From: the human T2T-CHM13v2.0 reference genome, Homo sapiens
Assembly (NCBI RefSeq): GCF_009914755.1
Contig: NC_060927.1
Direction: 5' to 3' (one strand)
Length of the DNA stretch: 64,000 bases
This document shows, in pieces, positions 13,482-27,841 of the stretch. A model generated the notes under the pieces. That model had not been told where the DNA came from, searched no databases, and saw only the letters and a program-made list of their open reading frames with translations. Position 1 is the first letter of the stretch. Each line of letters begins with the position of its first letter. The translations under genes were made by a program, and so were the position numbers.

Positions 13482-16400
13482 ATTTAGGTGATAGCTAAAC
13501 CAGTTCAGTTGGCTGAACTAGGAAGACCTGTTTCCAATGTTCTAAATCTGCTTGTTGGGCCTATTTATTCATTCAATCGGTAATGGGTATCTATGCTGTA
13601 TGAGGCATTACCCGATGTGGGTAAAACATAAAGAGAGTATAGCTCCTTTTCTCCTTATTTGTCACGGCAGTTGTTTACCACCTTGACCTGCTCTTTGGCT
13701 CTGGAAGGGCTGACCCTTCTCACCATCCTCCTTAGTTTTGGGTGCCTGGCCTTGCTTTACTCACTGCTATTGGTGTCTTTCTGAGTTTTGTCTGCGAATT
13801 TGGATTTTGTTTCCTTTTGTTCTGCCATGACTCCACCTGGGTTTTCTGAGTCTGACTTGGCCATCTTTCTGACCATTGCTTATCTCACGCACCAAGTTTG
13901 CTGAGGCTGCTCAGACCCTGGCTCTCTTCCTTGTGACTGTGTCCCATTGCTACATATGGCCTTAGAACATAGCTTTCTCATTTTAACCATAAGATACATA
14001 TTTTCCTAACTGCTGATATCTGGGTCTGGGTTTCTAGGAATTGTGGCTTTCACCAGAAATTGCCAGGGTCATACCTTGGGGAGAAGTAACTTGTCCTTGC
14101 ACCAGAAAACACAGGACTTTATTTTCTTACCATGAAAAGTATACCCTTTTCCCCAGAGCCTTTTTTTGTCCCTTCCTCAATTTAACCATTTTTTTTTTAC
14201 ATAGCAGAATAATGAACCATAATAACAAATGGCTATATTTTCTAGAAAGCCTATTAACTTTCCATATTCTTTTCATTCTCTTTTATCACTAATGGAACTT
14301 ACTATACATTGAGTTTCAACCCCAAGTCCAAGTAGATTCAACTAATTTGAGAGACCTAGAACCTATAAATCTTAACATGGAGTAATTTTTCAGGAGGCAA
14401 ACATTGCCTGTGCTTTCTAGTTTCTTCAGCGGAATAACGTTTCTCCTAAGACTGGTTCTATTTAAAACGTGCTCTTTCCCTACACTCACATAGCACTTTA
14501 CCAGGTGACTATTATCTGATTGGGTGCTACAAAAACTGTGAGGTCTCATGGGATGTATCATTGTTGCCTTGACCCCAGAACTGCACTTCTCATGCACAGA
14601 AGCTCATAGAGATATTTTCAAAATGGTGTTTTTAGCTTCTGGTCCTTACCCTATGCAAACAGAGCTCTAGTCCAGTTCATAAACAGGCCATGGCAGGTGC
14701 TATTCCATCCATCTAGGTTTGCCATCTCTTTCCTGCCAGAACTCTGACTGATACCTCCATTATTAAGCCTTTCTCTCTCTTTGCACCTTGCCAGGGTCTC
14801 ATATATAACTTATCCAACTCCTCCTTTTCTTATCTAAACAAAAGTTAACAGTACAATTAACCACACTCCTCCCCTCAAACATCTATGGGGTCAAGGAACT
14901 ATTATTTAAAGAAACATCCAAACTCTATTGCCCAATTAGTCCTTTCATCCCTTCTCCATTCTCTCTAAACAAACATTTATTAGGCCTCTATTATGTATCA
15001 TAAATTATATTACCATATTTTATTGGCTTGAAGTCATTATTGATTGAAGGAAGCACCATTATTTCAGGTCCTACTATAAAGTTAAAAGCATCCAAAATTA
15101 GGAATTTAACAGGAGACTTCTACCTAATTCTGAGACATTATAGATTTACCCTTTGAGGGTAAGAGTAAATGAGAAAAAAAGCTCACTATGCAGAACGGGA
15201 CAGTAAGAAAATGTACATATATCAACTTTGGTATTGGCTAGAGACAGGAAAAAAAATCTCTTCCAAAAATTTGAACCAAAGCTGGTACAGTAGTGCCCAT
15301 TTATCCATGGAGGATATGTTCTAAGACTTCCAGTGAATGCCTGAAGTCGTGGATAGAACTAAATCCTATATATTCTATGATTTTCTTTATATATATCTAT
15401 AAAGGTTAATTTATAAATTAGGCACAGTAAGAGATTGCCAAAAACAATCAATGCAGGCACACTTTGTTTTATTTTGCTTCTCAGATATTACATTTCTTAC
15501 AAGTTGAAAGTTTGCAGCAACCCTGTTTTGAGTAAGTCTATCAGTGTCATTTTTCCAACAGGATGTGCTGCTTCATGTCTCTGCATCACGTTTTGGTGAT
15601 TATTGCAATATTTCAAACTTTCTCTTTATTATTGTACCTATTATGGTGATCTGTGATCAGTGATCCAAATGTTACTATTGTAATTGTTTTGAGGTGCCAC
15701 AAACTGTGTCCCTATAAGACAGTGAACTTAAACAATTAATGTGTGGGTTCTGACTTCTCCACCAACTGGCTATTCTCCCATCTCTCTCCCTCTCCTTGGG
15801 CCTTCCTGTTTCCTTAGATACAACAATATTGAAATTAGGCCAATATTGTTAATAACCCTAAAGTGGCCTCTAAATGTTCAAGAAAGGAAGAGTCACATGT
15901 CTCTCACTTTAAATCAAAAGCTATTAAGCTTGGTGGGGAAGGCAAGTCAAAAGCCTAAAGAGGCCAATAGCTAGGCCTATTGCAACAAACGCTTAGTCAA
16001 GTTGTTAATACAATAAACAAATTCTTGAAGAAAATTAAAAGTACTACTCTAGTGAACATATCAATGGTAAGAAAGCAAATGAGACTTTTTGCTGATAGGG
16101 AGAAAGTTTTAGTGGTTCGGATAAAAAATCAAACCAGTCACAACATTCCATTAAGCTAAAGCCCAATCCAGAGTAAGTCCTTAATTCTCTTCATTTCTCT
16201 GAAGGCTGAGAGAGGTGAGGAAGCTGCATAAGAAAAGTTTGAAGCTAGCAGAATTTGGTTCATGAGGTTTAAGGAAAGAAGCTGTCTCCATACCAGAAAA
16301 GTATAAAGTGAAGCAGCAAGTGCTGATGGAGAAGCTAAAGCATGTAACCCAGAAGATCCAGCTATGATCATTGATGAAGATGGCTAGGCTAAACAACAAA

Positions 16401-16591
16401 TTTTCAATATAGACAAAACAGTCTTATATTAAAAGTAAATGCCATCTAGGACTTTCTTAGCTAGAGAGGAGAAGTCAATGCCCGGCTTCAGATCTTTGAA
16501 AGACAGGCTGACTCACCTGGTGACTCTAAGTTGAAGTCCATGCTCACTGGCCACGCTGAAAATCTTAGGTTCCTTAAAAATTATGCTAAAT

Positions 16592-16916
<325 letters not shown>

Positions 16917-17896
16917 CTAAATCTACTCTACCTGTGTGCTATAAATGGAAGAATAAAGCCTGAATGGCATCACAATCATATCTGTTTATAGCGTGGCTTT
17001 CTGAAAGTTTAGAGTCCACTGTGAGACCCATTGCTCAGAAGTAGAGTCCTTTCATAATATTACTGCTCATTGAAAACACACCTAGTCACCCAAAAGCTCT
17101 GATGAAGATGTACAAGGAGATTCATTGTTGTTTTTGTGTCTGCTAACACAACATCCATTCTGCAGCCCATGGATCAAGGTGTAATTTTGACTTTCCAGTC
17201 TTCTTATTTAAGGAATACATTTTGTAAGGCATACCTGCTATAGATAGTGCTCTGATGGATCTGGGCAAAGTAAATTGAAAATAGTTTGGAAAGGATTCAT
17301 GACTCTAGATGCCTTAAGAACATTCATGATTCATGGGAGGAGGTCAAACTACAAGCATGAATAGGAGTTTGGAAGTTGATTTTAATGCTCAGGGATGACT
17401 TTGAGGAATTCAAGACTTCAGTGGAGGAAGAAGCTGCAGATGTGGTAGAAATAGCAAGAGAACTAGAATTAGAAGTAGAACCTGAAGATGTGATTGAATT
17501 GCTGCAATTTCATAATAAAACTAATGGATGAGGAGTTGTTTCTTATGAATATCAAAGAAAATAGTTTCTTGAGATGAAATCTACTCCTAGTGAAGATTCC
17601 ATAAACATTGTTGAAATGACAACAAGGAATTTAGATTATTATATAAAATTAGTTGATAAAGCAGTGACAGGGTTTGAGAGGATTAACTCCAATTTTGAAA
17701 GAAATTCAACCATGGGTAAAATGCTGTCAAACAGCATCACATGGTACAAATGAATCTTTCATGAAATAAAGAGTCAACGGGGCAAACGTAATCGTTATCT
17801 TATTTTAAGAAATTGCCACAGCCACCCCAATCTTAAGTGATCACCACCCTGATCAGTCAGCAGCCATCAACATTGAGGCAACATCCCAACACCCTC

Positions 17897-18976
<1,080 letters not shown>

Positions 18977-19133
18977 CCCTCCACCAGCAAAAAGATTATG
19001 ACTCACTGAAGGCTCAGATGATTATTGGCATTTTTTAGCAAGAATATTTTTAAATTAAGGTATGTTCATCTTTTTTTTTCAGACATAATGCTATTGCACA
19101 CTTAATAAAGAACAGGATACTGTAAACATAACT

Positions 19134-19423
19134 TTTTTTTGACACAGAGTCTCACTCTGTTGCCTAGGTTGGAGTGCGGTGGGTGTGATCTTGGCTCACT
19201 GCACCCTCCGCTTCCCAGGTTCAAGCAATTCTCATACTTCAGTCTCTCAAGTAGCTGGGATTACAGGCATGCACCACCACGCTTGGCTAATTTTTGTATT
19301 TTTAGTAGAGATGGGGTTTTACCATGTTGGCCAGGCTGGTCTCGAACTCCTGGCCTCAAGTCATCTGACTGCTTTGGCATCTCAAAGTGCTAGGATTACA
19401 GGTGGGAGCCACTGTGCCTGGTC
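19134..19423 (-). mobile_element. AluS-type, inserted in the Tigger1 3' part
   Basis: Full dimer in reverse; diverged TSD atactgtaaacataact / atagtgtaaatataact. Confidence 0.92.
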
Positions 19424-19571
19424 AATAGTGTAAATATAACTTTTATTTGCACTGGAAAATCCCCAAATCTGTGTGACTCTCCTTATTGTGATATTCACTT
19501 TATTGCAGTAGTTTGGAACCAAACCCACAACATCTCTGAAGTATGCCTGTAATAGGCATTTGTGAATGTGG

Positions 19572-19636
19572 TCTCTCTCTCGTTCTCTCTCTCTCTCTCC
19601 CCCTCTTTCCTTCTCTTTCTCCCTCTCCCTTACTCT
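19572..19636. repeat. CT-rich simple repeat expanded within MER44
   Basis: tctctctctcgttctctctctctctctccccctctttcc... Confidence 0.85.
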
Positions 19637-20219
19637 CAAAATATCTTATTGTACTGTACTCATCCTTCTTCTTGTGATGATATGAGATGATAAAATTGCT
19701 ATATGATGAGAAGAAGTGAGGTGAATGATGTAGGCATTGTGATTTAATGAAAAATGCCAGAAAAAAGCAGTTTGTAAGTTTTAAATTGCATGTGTTCTGA
19801 GTAGCATGATGAAATCTCACGCTGTCCTGCAACACAGGATACGAATCATTCCCTTTGTCCATCTATTCTACCTGCCGGCTAGTCCCTTAGTGGCCATCTT
19901 GATGATCAGATCTACTGTCACAGTATCACACTGTTTTTGTACAAGTAACTTATTTTACTTAATCATAGCCCCAAAGGGCATGAGTAGTAATGTAACATTT
20001 TCAGACTGTGGCTGACCAATGGCAACTGGTACTCTGGAAAGAGAAACCACAGATAAAGGGGAACTACTGTACTCAGGGCCTCAGTCTGAACTCACTACTG
20101 GTGCAGTGAAAAAACCTCAAACAGAAAATTTAATTTAAAGGAGTCTCAAGTTAGTCATTTCTCAAGTGAGTGGAAGAAACAAAGTTAAATCCTTCCTTTA
20201 AGAATTTGACTTGCACCTA

Positions 20220-20425
20220 TGATGTCCATTAGGCCCACCACTAGACATATGTGGCTATTTAAATTTTAAACAATGAAAATAAAATAAAATTAAAAATTGA
20301 CCTCTTTAGTTGCACCAGCCATATTTCAAGTCCTCAGGAGACATATGTGGCTAGGGGTGACCATATTGAATGGAACAGATATAGAATATTTCCATCACAC
20401 AAAGTGTTCTTCTGGACAGACTGAC
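20220..20425. mobile_element. MER33/MER3-like hAT-Charlie element
   Basis: cactagacatatgtggctatttaaa ... cagccatatttcaagt ... cagatatagaatatttccatca. Confidence 0.75.
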
Positions 20426-21499
20426 CAATAGCAATAGATTATAAGATGAAACCTGATTTCCAAGACATAAGAAGAATATGAATAAAATGTGTGTCTTAGA
20501 CTCAATGAAATATAGTAGATGTAGAGATAGGGAGATAAAAACCTCTCTTTGGGGGCTCAGCAGATAGGAGAATCAGGCTGCTGATTAGGACAACATCAGG
20601 GTACCCTGAAGTTCTAAATCATGGAGAATTCCTCTCCAGCCACCTCAGCTTCGAGAGAAGTCTGAAGCCACTTGGACTGTGAGCTCACTGTGTGTGACTA
20701 ACTGGGGAATTAGCATGAAATCTCATTACTTGGATGACCTCCCAGGCCTTTACTTCTGTGGAAATTACAATTGCATGCAGAATGACATATTTTCAGATAT
20801 CTTTTTTCTCAGAATATGGCTACCCTTGACCTTTTAAAATTAAATCCATTTTTTATAAAGTCACCATAAAATCATTAGAGTTAATATAATCATTTTCTGA
20901 ATCCCAAGAGAAGACAAAACCAGTTGAAATTCCAGAGTAAAACATTTTAAAGAGAAATTTTCTATGTCTTTAGCTTTCCCCAATCCAATCCCCATCCTTT
21001 GACATGTCTCTCCGGGGATTTTTGGTTTTGATTGAAAGTTTTGTATATAGTAGTTTTATGTGGGAAAGGTACAGGGAACTTCAGTAGGCCTAGAAAATGG
21101 AGCTACTGGTTTGGGTTTGCACAGTTTCAAACCGAAAAAAGACTTAATAAACAATTCAATTCAACAATGAAATATTTAATTTAATGAGAAATTACTTTGT
21201 GACTCTGTATTTTTAAATTGCTACCTGTTTTTCTCCCAGTTCAATGTATTACCTTATACGGAAAACCGGAAATTATTAACATTTTTCTTTTTCTTCAGTT
21301 AATAATAAGGGATCATTGAAATATGGTCCCCATCACAAAGTGTATTTTAATGAGAGAATTGCCTCTTATAATACTAAATAGTATTTAGTATTGATAAAAC
21401 ATTGAAGTAGTAGTTTTTGTGTGGGGGAAATGTAGGAGGGGTTGCAGGAGGAGAGAAACTGGAGATGAATGGGAGAGTTGTGGAAGGAGATTTTAGATT

Positions 21500-22125
21500 T
21501 TTTGAGGGCCTACTATGTGCCAGTTCTGTGATAGGTGCTTTACACGTAATTATCCCCCCTCCCCAACACTTTTTTCTTTTTTCTTTTTTTTTGAGACAGA
21601 GTCTCACTCTGTCGCCCAGGCTGGAGTGCCATGGCACCCTGTAGTCCCAGCTTCTCGGGAGGCTGAGGCACAAGAGGGAGGCTGAGGCACGAGAATCGCT
21701 TGAGCCCAAGAGGCAGAGGTTTCAGTGAGCCAAGATTGCACCACTGCGCACGATCTTGGCTCACTGCAGCCTCCGCCTCCTGGGCGCAAGTGATTCTCCT
21801 GCCTCAGCCTCCCGAGTAGCTGGGATTACAGGCGTGCACCACCATGCCTGGCTAATTTTTGTATTTTCAGTAGAGTCGGGGTTTCACCATGTTGGCCAGG
21901 CTGGTCTCGAACTCGTGACCTCAGGTGATTCACCCACCTTGGCCTCCTAAAGTGCTGGGATTACAGGCATGAGCCACTGTGCTCCGCCTCATTATTCCCA
22001 TTATCTCATGCAACCCTATGAAGTAGATTATTACCTTCAGCTTATGAGGGAGGAAACTAAAACTCAGAGAGGCTAAGTACCTTGCCCTAAGTCACTCAGT
22101 CAGTAAGTAACAGCGTCAGACTTTT
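21500..22125 (-). mobile_element. MIR split by an Alu
   Basis: gagggcctactatgtgccag...gtgctttacac before the Alu; gaggaaactaaaactcagagaggctaagtaccttgccc after it. Confidence 0.75.
21570..21988 (-). mobile_element. AluSx-like element carrying a 110-bp inverted Alu segment (21638-21747)
   Basis: The reverse Alu is interrupted after ctggagtgccatggcac by forward Alu sequence cctgtagtcccagc...ccactgc, then resumes at gcacgatcttggctcactgc. Confidence 0.93.
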
Positions 22126-22127
22126 GC

Positions 22128-22990
22128 CAACACCACTCTGTTGAAATTACTCTTGTTAATATGGGGTCTTTTCAATTACCCCACAATGGTAAATTCAAAG
22201 AGCAATTTTCAGTCCTCATCTTTGTTGATCTATCAACAGCATTGACAAGGCTGATGAATTCCTCCTCCTTAATATACTATAAATACTTGCCTTTCAGGAC
22301 ATAAGACTATCCTGTTTTTTCCCCCAGTATTACTAGACACACACCTTAGAATTATCTGATAGATACTTCTCATCTCTTTGAACTCCTACTAAGCCATGCC
22401 CCAAAGCTGAGTCCTTGAGCACCTTTTCTTCTCTTATGCTCAGGCCTTAGGTCAGGTTTTCTCAGTCTTGGTACTGTTAACATTTCGGTCCTATAATTCT
22501 TTGTGGTAAGGGACTATCCTGAACATTACAAGGTGTTTAGAAGCATCACTGATGTCTACCCACTAGATGCCCATAGCACTTGCCCCAAGCACCCCAGTGG
22601 AGAACCACTGACCTAGATGATCCCGTATCTCTCCAGTCCAGACCTTTCCCCTGAACTGCTGTCTACTCTAACTCTCCATTTCTGGTGCCTAACATTTGGG
22701 TCTTCTACCCCAAACTTGATCCACCTGCAGTCCTCCCCATCTCAGCTAATAGTATCTCTACCTTCCAGTTGCTCAGGCTAAGATTTCTCTCTCCTGCACT
22801 CCACATCAAATCTTTCAGGAAATCTTGTTGGTTTTACTTTCAAAATATATCCAGAATCTAATTCCATCTCAACATTTTCACCACTACCTCCCTAGTCCAT
22901 TCTACCATCATTTCTTGCCTGAATTATTGCAATTAGCTTTCTATCTGGTCTCTTTGCTTCCATCATTACCTCTCTAAAATTTCATTCACC
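22128..22990 (+). mobile_element. L2 fragment, split by MER20
   Basis: tcagtcctcatctttgttgatctatcaacagcattgaca; ccagacctttcccctgaact; ttcaaaatatatccagaatct. Confidence 0.75.
22453..22610. mobile_element. MER20 (hAT-Charlie), internally deleted
   Basis: caggttttctcag...ataattctttgtgg...ctacccactagatgcc...gagaaccactg; TSD-like ccttaggt/acctagat. Confidence 0.8.
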
Positions 22991-23039
22991 TCCTTACCCC
23001 ACCCCCATCCCTACCACATTATAGGTACCCATTGTAAGG

Positions 23040-23500
23040 TAGAAGTACCTATTCTTCTCAAACACACAGAAATCTTTATAAAAGTTGACCTCTGGTTAGG
23101 ACTAGACTAAAGAGCCGGTCTCAAAAGTCAAAGAAGCATATGAGGCAGACCATGTTCTGTGACTATTACTACTAAATAAAAACATTGATTTTTTAAAAAC
23201 AACTGAATCTCTAACTAAAAATTTTTTGAAAGTCTGCTGTCTAAGTAACTCATAAGTGAAGACATAATTAATAATAATGGAAACAAAAATTACTTGGAAC
23301 TAAGTGACAATAAAGATAAGTATTAGAATTTGTGTGATATGGCTAAAAGTGAGCCATCAATGAAAATTTAAAGCCTGAAACATTTGTACTCGTTATGAAG
23401 AAAGGCTAAAAATTGATAAGCCAAATGTTCAATGTAACTTTTTTATTTTTAAAAAAAAGAACAGAATAAACCCAAAGAAAGGAGAAAGAAAGAAAAAAAT
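23040..23500 (+). mobile_element. Old L1M ORF2 fragment
   Basis: A-rich; tattcttctcaaacacaca, cttggaactaagtgacaataaa and aataaacccaaagaaagg resemble the post-endonuclease L1 region. Confidence 0.6.
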
Positions 23501-25127
23501 TGGCAGATGATTTTGGTTCACTCCCCTTTCCCTTCTTTATTTAGAATCATTGTTTTATAATATTATTTGTAAAGGCTGAAGAGGATTACATTATTTAAAT
23601 TGTTCTACTATTGTTGTTACTACTCACCTATGTTGGCCATTTCATTTATAAATATGAACATATATAATTATTTCCATAGAACAAATTTTTAAGAATAGAA
23701 TTGTGGAGCTAAAAAAATGCACATGCTTAAGGCATTTGATATATTTGGGGATTGGGATGGTTAGCCATATTGATCTCAATTAATTTTGGAGATTATACTG
23801 CAACCCTTGGTACATTTAATAAAAATATACTCTTATTCTTTATCTTACTGTTTGTGTGATATAAAAATGTATCTTCACTCCCAACATGCATACTTATCCT
23901 TCAGGTATTGGAAACACATTTAATAGTCATATAAACTGCATATGCTGAGCATCCATTCACTGACTTAATAAGTTTATAATACATAAATGCCAAGATTGGC
24001 AAATATTTTGCCAAAGCTTTATCCATAGGAAATCTAGATTAGAAATAATACTTCACTTTGAATAATTTCTTCAGGTGTAGCTGTCAGAATCAATGAAGAA
24101 AGTAAGTAATCAAACTCATTTATCAACACAATCCAATTCTGCAGAACATCAGCCAGCAAAATAATTCTAGAGACAATTAAACCTAGGTCTCCAGTTTAGA
24201 GGCCAGTAATATCCAGTAACTTCATAGTCTGTTCTTATTTGCTTACCTCCATTCTTGAAATGAATACTTTAGATTGGGTAAATATAATTACTTCCACCTT
24301 GAACCTAACCAGACCTTCAATATTCTCATTCTTGAGTCTGACAATATCTCATAACTGGAAAGGAGATGAGAGGATAAGAAGGTAAAAATTGAAGCAATGT
24401 TCTTTCAGAATTCATGTGAGAAACTGTAAAGCTTAAAAAATTTTTAGTTATGTTTTAAAAGAGACTATCCTAGGTCTTATGTCACTACTTCATAAGCTGA
24501 AATCATCCTAAGTGGAAAATGGGGGGATTCAGTGTCTTTCCTTTTGGTCGAGGAAATTACCAAACACTTAAAAACATCTGAAAAAATAAATTAATAACAC
24601 ATCAAATGGTACTCAGATGCAGTCACATATGATCTTTTAAAGTTCAAATTATTTCATTTATAGCTTATCCCTTTGAAAAACTTGATTATGACAGGTCTTT
24701 GATCGGTGACTTATGGCTCAATCATAAGGATGAAAAATAAATTTTGATTTTTGGAATGCTTTTCCATGATTTCTGTAGAAGAGCATTTGTATTTTCCACG
24801 ATTTTTCTCAAATTTGGGTTCAGTAACCTCTTCCCACTTAAAATAGATTTCTAAGAGCTGCAGTTGTAAAAAGTCTCGGAAAACCTGCGGGTCATAGAAT
24901 GACTTAACACCCATCATAAACAGAAGGCTCCTAACTTTGTCACACTATTCTAATAAATGATTTAGACATAATCACTTTTGGAGTGGTCCTAAAAGTGCCC
25001 TACTAATGTTTAAAAAGACTATTCTAGGTTTATCAATTTCTAAGTTTTCTAAATACTATTCAAAAGTATACAATTACCTTTCTACTTAATCAACATTGTG
25101 TAAGATATTAGATCAATATATCTATTC

Positions 25128-25350
25128 CTATGCTGTCTAATAGGGTAGCCACTAGCCACATGCAGCTCTTTAAATGTAAATTCATTAAAATTAAATAAAA
25201 TTAAAAACTCAATTCCTCTGCTTCCACTAGCCATATTTCAAGTACTCAATAGCAACACATGTCTTGTGATAGCCCTATTGGACTGTGCCAATATTAAACA
25301 TTCTGTTGAATGCAGAATAGGACATCACGAAAATTCTGCTACACAGTATT
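25128..25350. mobile_element. MER33-like hAT-Charlie element
   Basis: gctgtctaatagggtagccactagccacatg ... attaaaattaaataaaattaaaaa ... ccactagccatatttcaagtactcaatag. Confidence 0.8.
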
Positions 25351-25512
25351 ATCTGAGACACATCAATCTAATATCCTGCATACAGACCAAACAGGGGAGA
25401 GGGATGAAGATGGCAGACAGGAGGCAAGACTAGCTTGCAGCTCCTGCTTGCATAGACAGTGCAGTGTATGGAGACTTATACCGTGAACTTTTGCTCCAAG
25501 AACTACTGCAGG

Positions 25513-25932
<420 letters not shown>

Positions 25933-26762
25933 TCACTGACTGCCTGAAAATAGACTTGGTGCTGTTGAGCGGGGTTGCTTGGTAAGTGTGAGACCGGCCT
26001 TTAGGATTGCAGGCTCCATGGAAGCAGGGTGAAGCCTGTGACTGCTGTCTTTCCTCTATTTCTCTGGTGACCTGTTTGACTCAGCAGAGGCAGCCATAAT
26101 CCCCCTAGGAATATAACTCCAATGGACTGGGAACCACACCCCCATCACCCACAGCAGCTGCAGCAAGCCCTGCCCAAAGAGAGGCTGAGCTCAGACACTA
26201 CTATCCCTGCCCCCACCTAGTGGTCTTTCTCTACCTTCTGTGGTAGCTGAAGACAAAGGTCATAGTCTCTTGGAAGCTCTGTGGCCCTGCACACCACCTG
26301 AGAAACTTTAATACTTGACCAGGTGTCCCTAGGGCAAGTTTGCATCCTCCCTATAGGACCGCAGCTGATGCACTCTTGAAAGCGCAACCTCCTGGCTGGA
26401 GGCCAATCAACACAAAACCAGTGCACTAAACAAAAACACAACTAAGGACCCTGATAGAGTCCACTTCTCTCCCCTGCTACCTCCACCAGAGCAGGTGCTA
26501 GTATCCATGGCTGCAAGACCTGAAGATGAATCACATCACAGGGCTCTTTGCAGACAGTTCCCAGTACCAGTAAAGAGCCCAGTAGCTCTGCTGGGTGGCT
26601 AGACCCAGAAAAGCATAAACAATCACTACAGTTCAGCTCTCAGGAAGCTCCATTCCTAGGGGAAAAGGGAGAACAGCACATCAAGGGAGCACCCAGTGGG
26701 ACAAAAGAATCTGAACAGCAGCCCTTGAATCCCAGATCTTTCCTCTGACATAGTCTACCCAA

Positions 26763-27753
26763 ATGAGAAGGAACCAGAAAAACAATTCTGGTAATATGAC
26801 AAAACAAGGTTATTTAACACCCCCAAAAGATCATACTAGTTTAGCAGCAACAGATCCAAACCAAGGCAAAATCTCTGAATTGCCAGATAAAGAATTCAGA
26901 AGGTTGATTATCAAGCTAATCAAGGAGGCACCAGAGAAAGGTAAAGTCGAACTTAAAGAAATAAAAAACATGATACAGGATATGAAAGGAAAATTCTTCA
27001 GTGAAATAGATAGCATAAATAGAAAACAACCACAACTTCTGGAAATCAATGAAATACTTAGAGTAATGCAAAATGCACTGGTAAGTCTCAGCAATAGAAT
27101 CAAATGAGCAGAAGGAAGAATTTCAGAGCTCAAACACAAGACTTTCAAATTAACCCAATCCAACAAAGACAAAGAAAAAAAATTTTGTTAATGAACAAAG
27201 CCTCCAATAAGTTTGGGACTATGTTAAATGTCCAAACCTAAGAATAATTGGTGTTCCCAAGGAAGAAGAGAAATCTAAAAGTTTGGAAAACATATCTGAG
27301 GGAATAATTGAGAAAAATTTTCCCAGCTTTGCTAGAGATCTATACATCCAAATACAAGAAACTCAACACCTGGGAAATTCATCACAAAAAGATCATCACC
27401 TAGGCACAGTCATCCAGTTATCTAAAGTCAAGATGAAGGAAAGAATATTAAGAACTGTGAGGCAAAAGCATCAGGTAACCTATAAAGGAAAGCCTATCAG
27501 ATTAAGAGCAGATTTCCCAGCAGAAGCCCTACAAGCTAGAAGGGATTGGGGTCCTATTCTTAGCCTCCTTAAAGAAAAAAATTATCAGCCAAAATTTTGT
27601 ATCCAATGAAATTAAGCTTAATAAATGAAGGAAAGATACAGCCTTTTCCAGACAAACAAATGCTGAGCTAATTTGCCACTACCAAGTCAGCACTACAAAA
27701 ACTACAAAGGGAGTTCTAAATCTTGAAACAAATCTTTGAAATACACCAAAATA
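26763..27753 (+). pseudogene. ORF1: L1 ORF1p remnant (stops and frameshifts)
   Basis: MRRNQKNNSGNMTKQG...ELPDKEFRRLIIKL and KERILRTVRQKHQVTYKGKPIRLRADF...LQARRDW; end approximate. Confidence 0.9.
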
Positions 27754-27841
27754 GAAGCTCCTTAAAGCATATTTCTCACAGGACCTATATAGCAATAACA
27801 CAATGAAAAAAAAACCACAAGGTATTCAGGCCACAAATAGC

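Noticed and set aside
24711-24917. 68-aa ORF with protein-like appearance (possible pseudogene fragment)
   Set aside because: Could not be assigned to any family; no poly(A) or TSD. A translated search would be needed.
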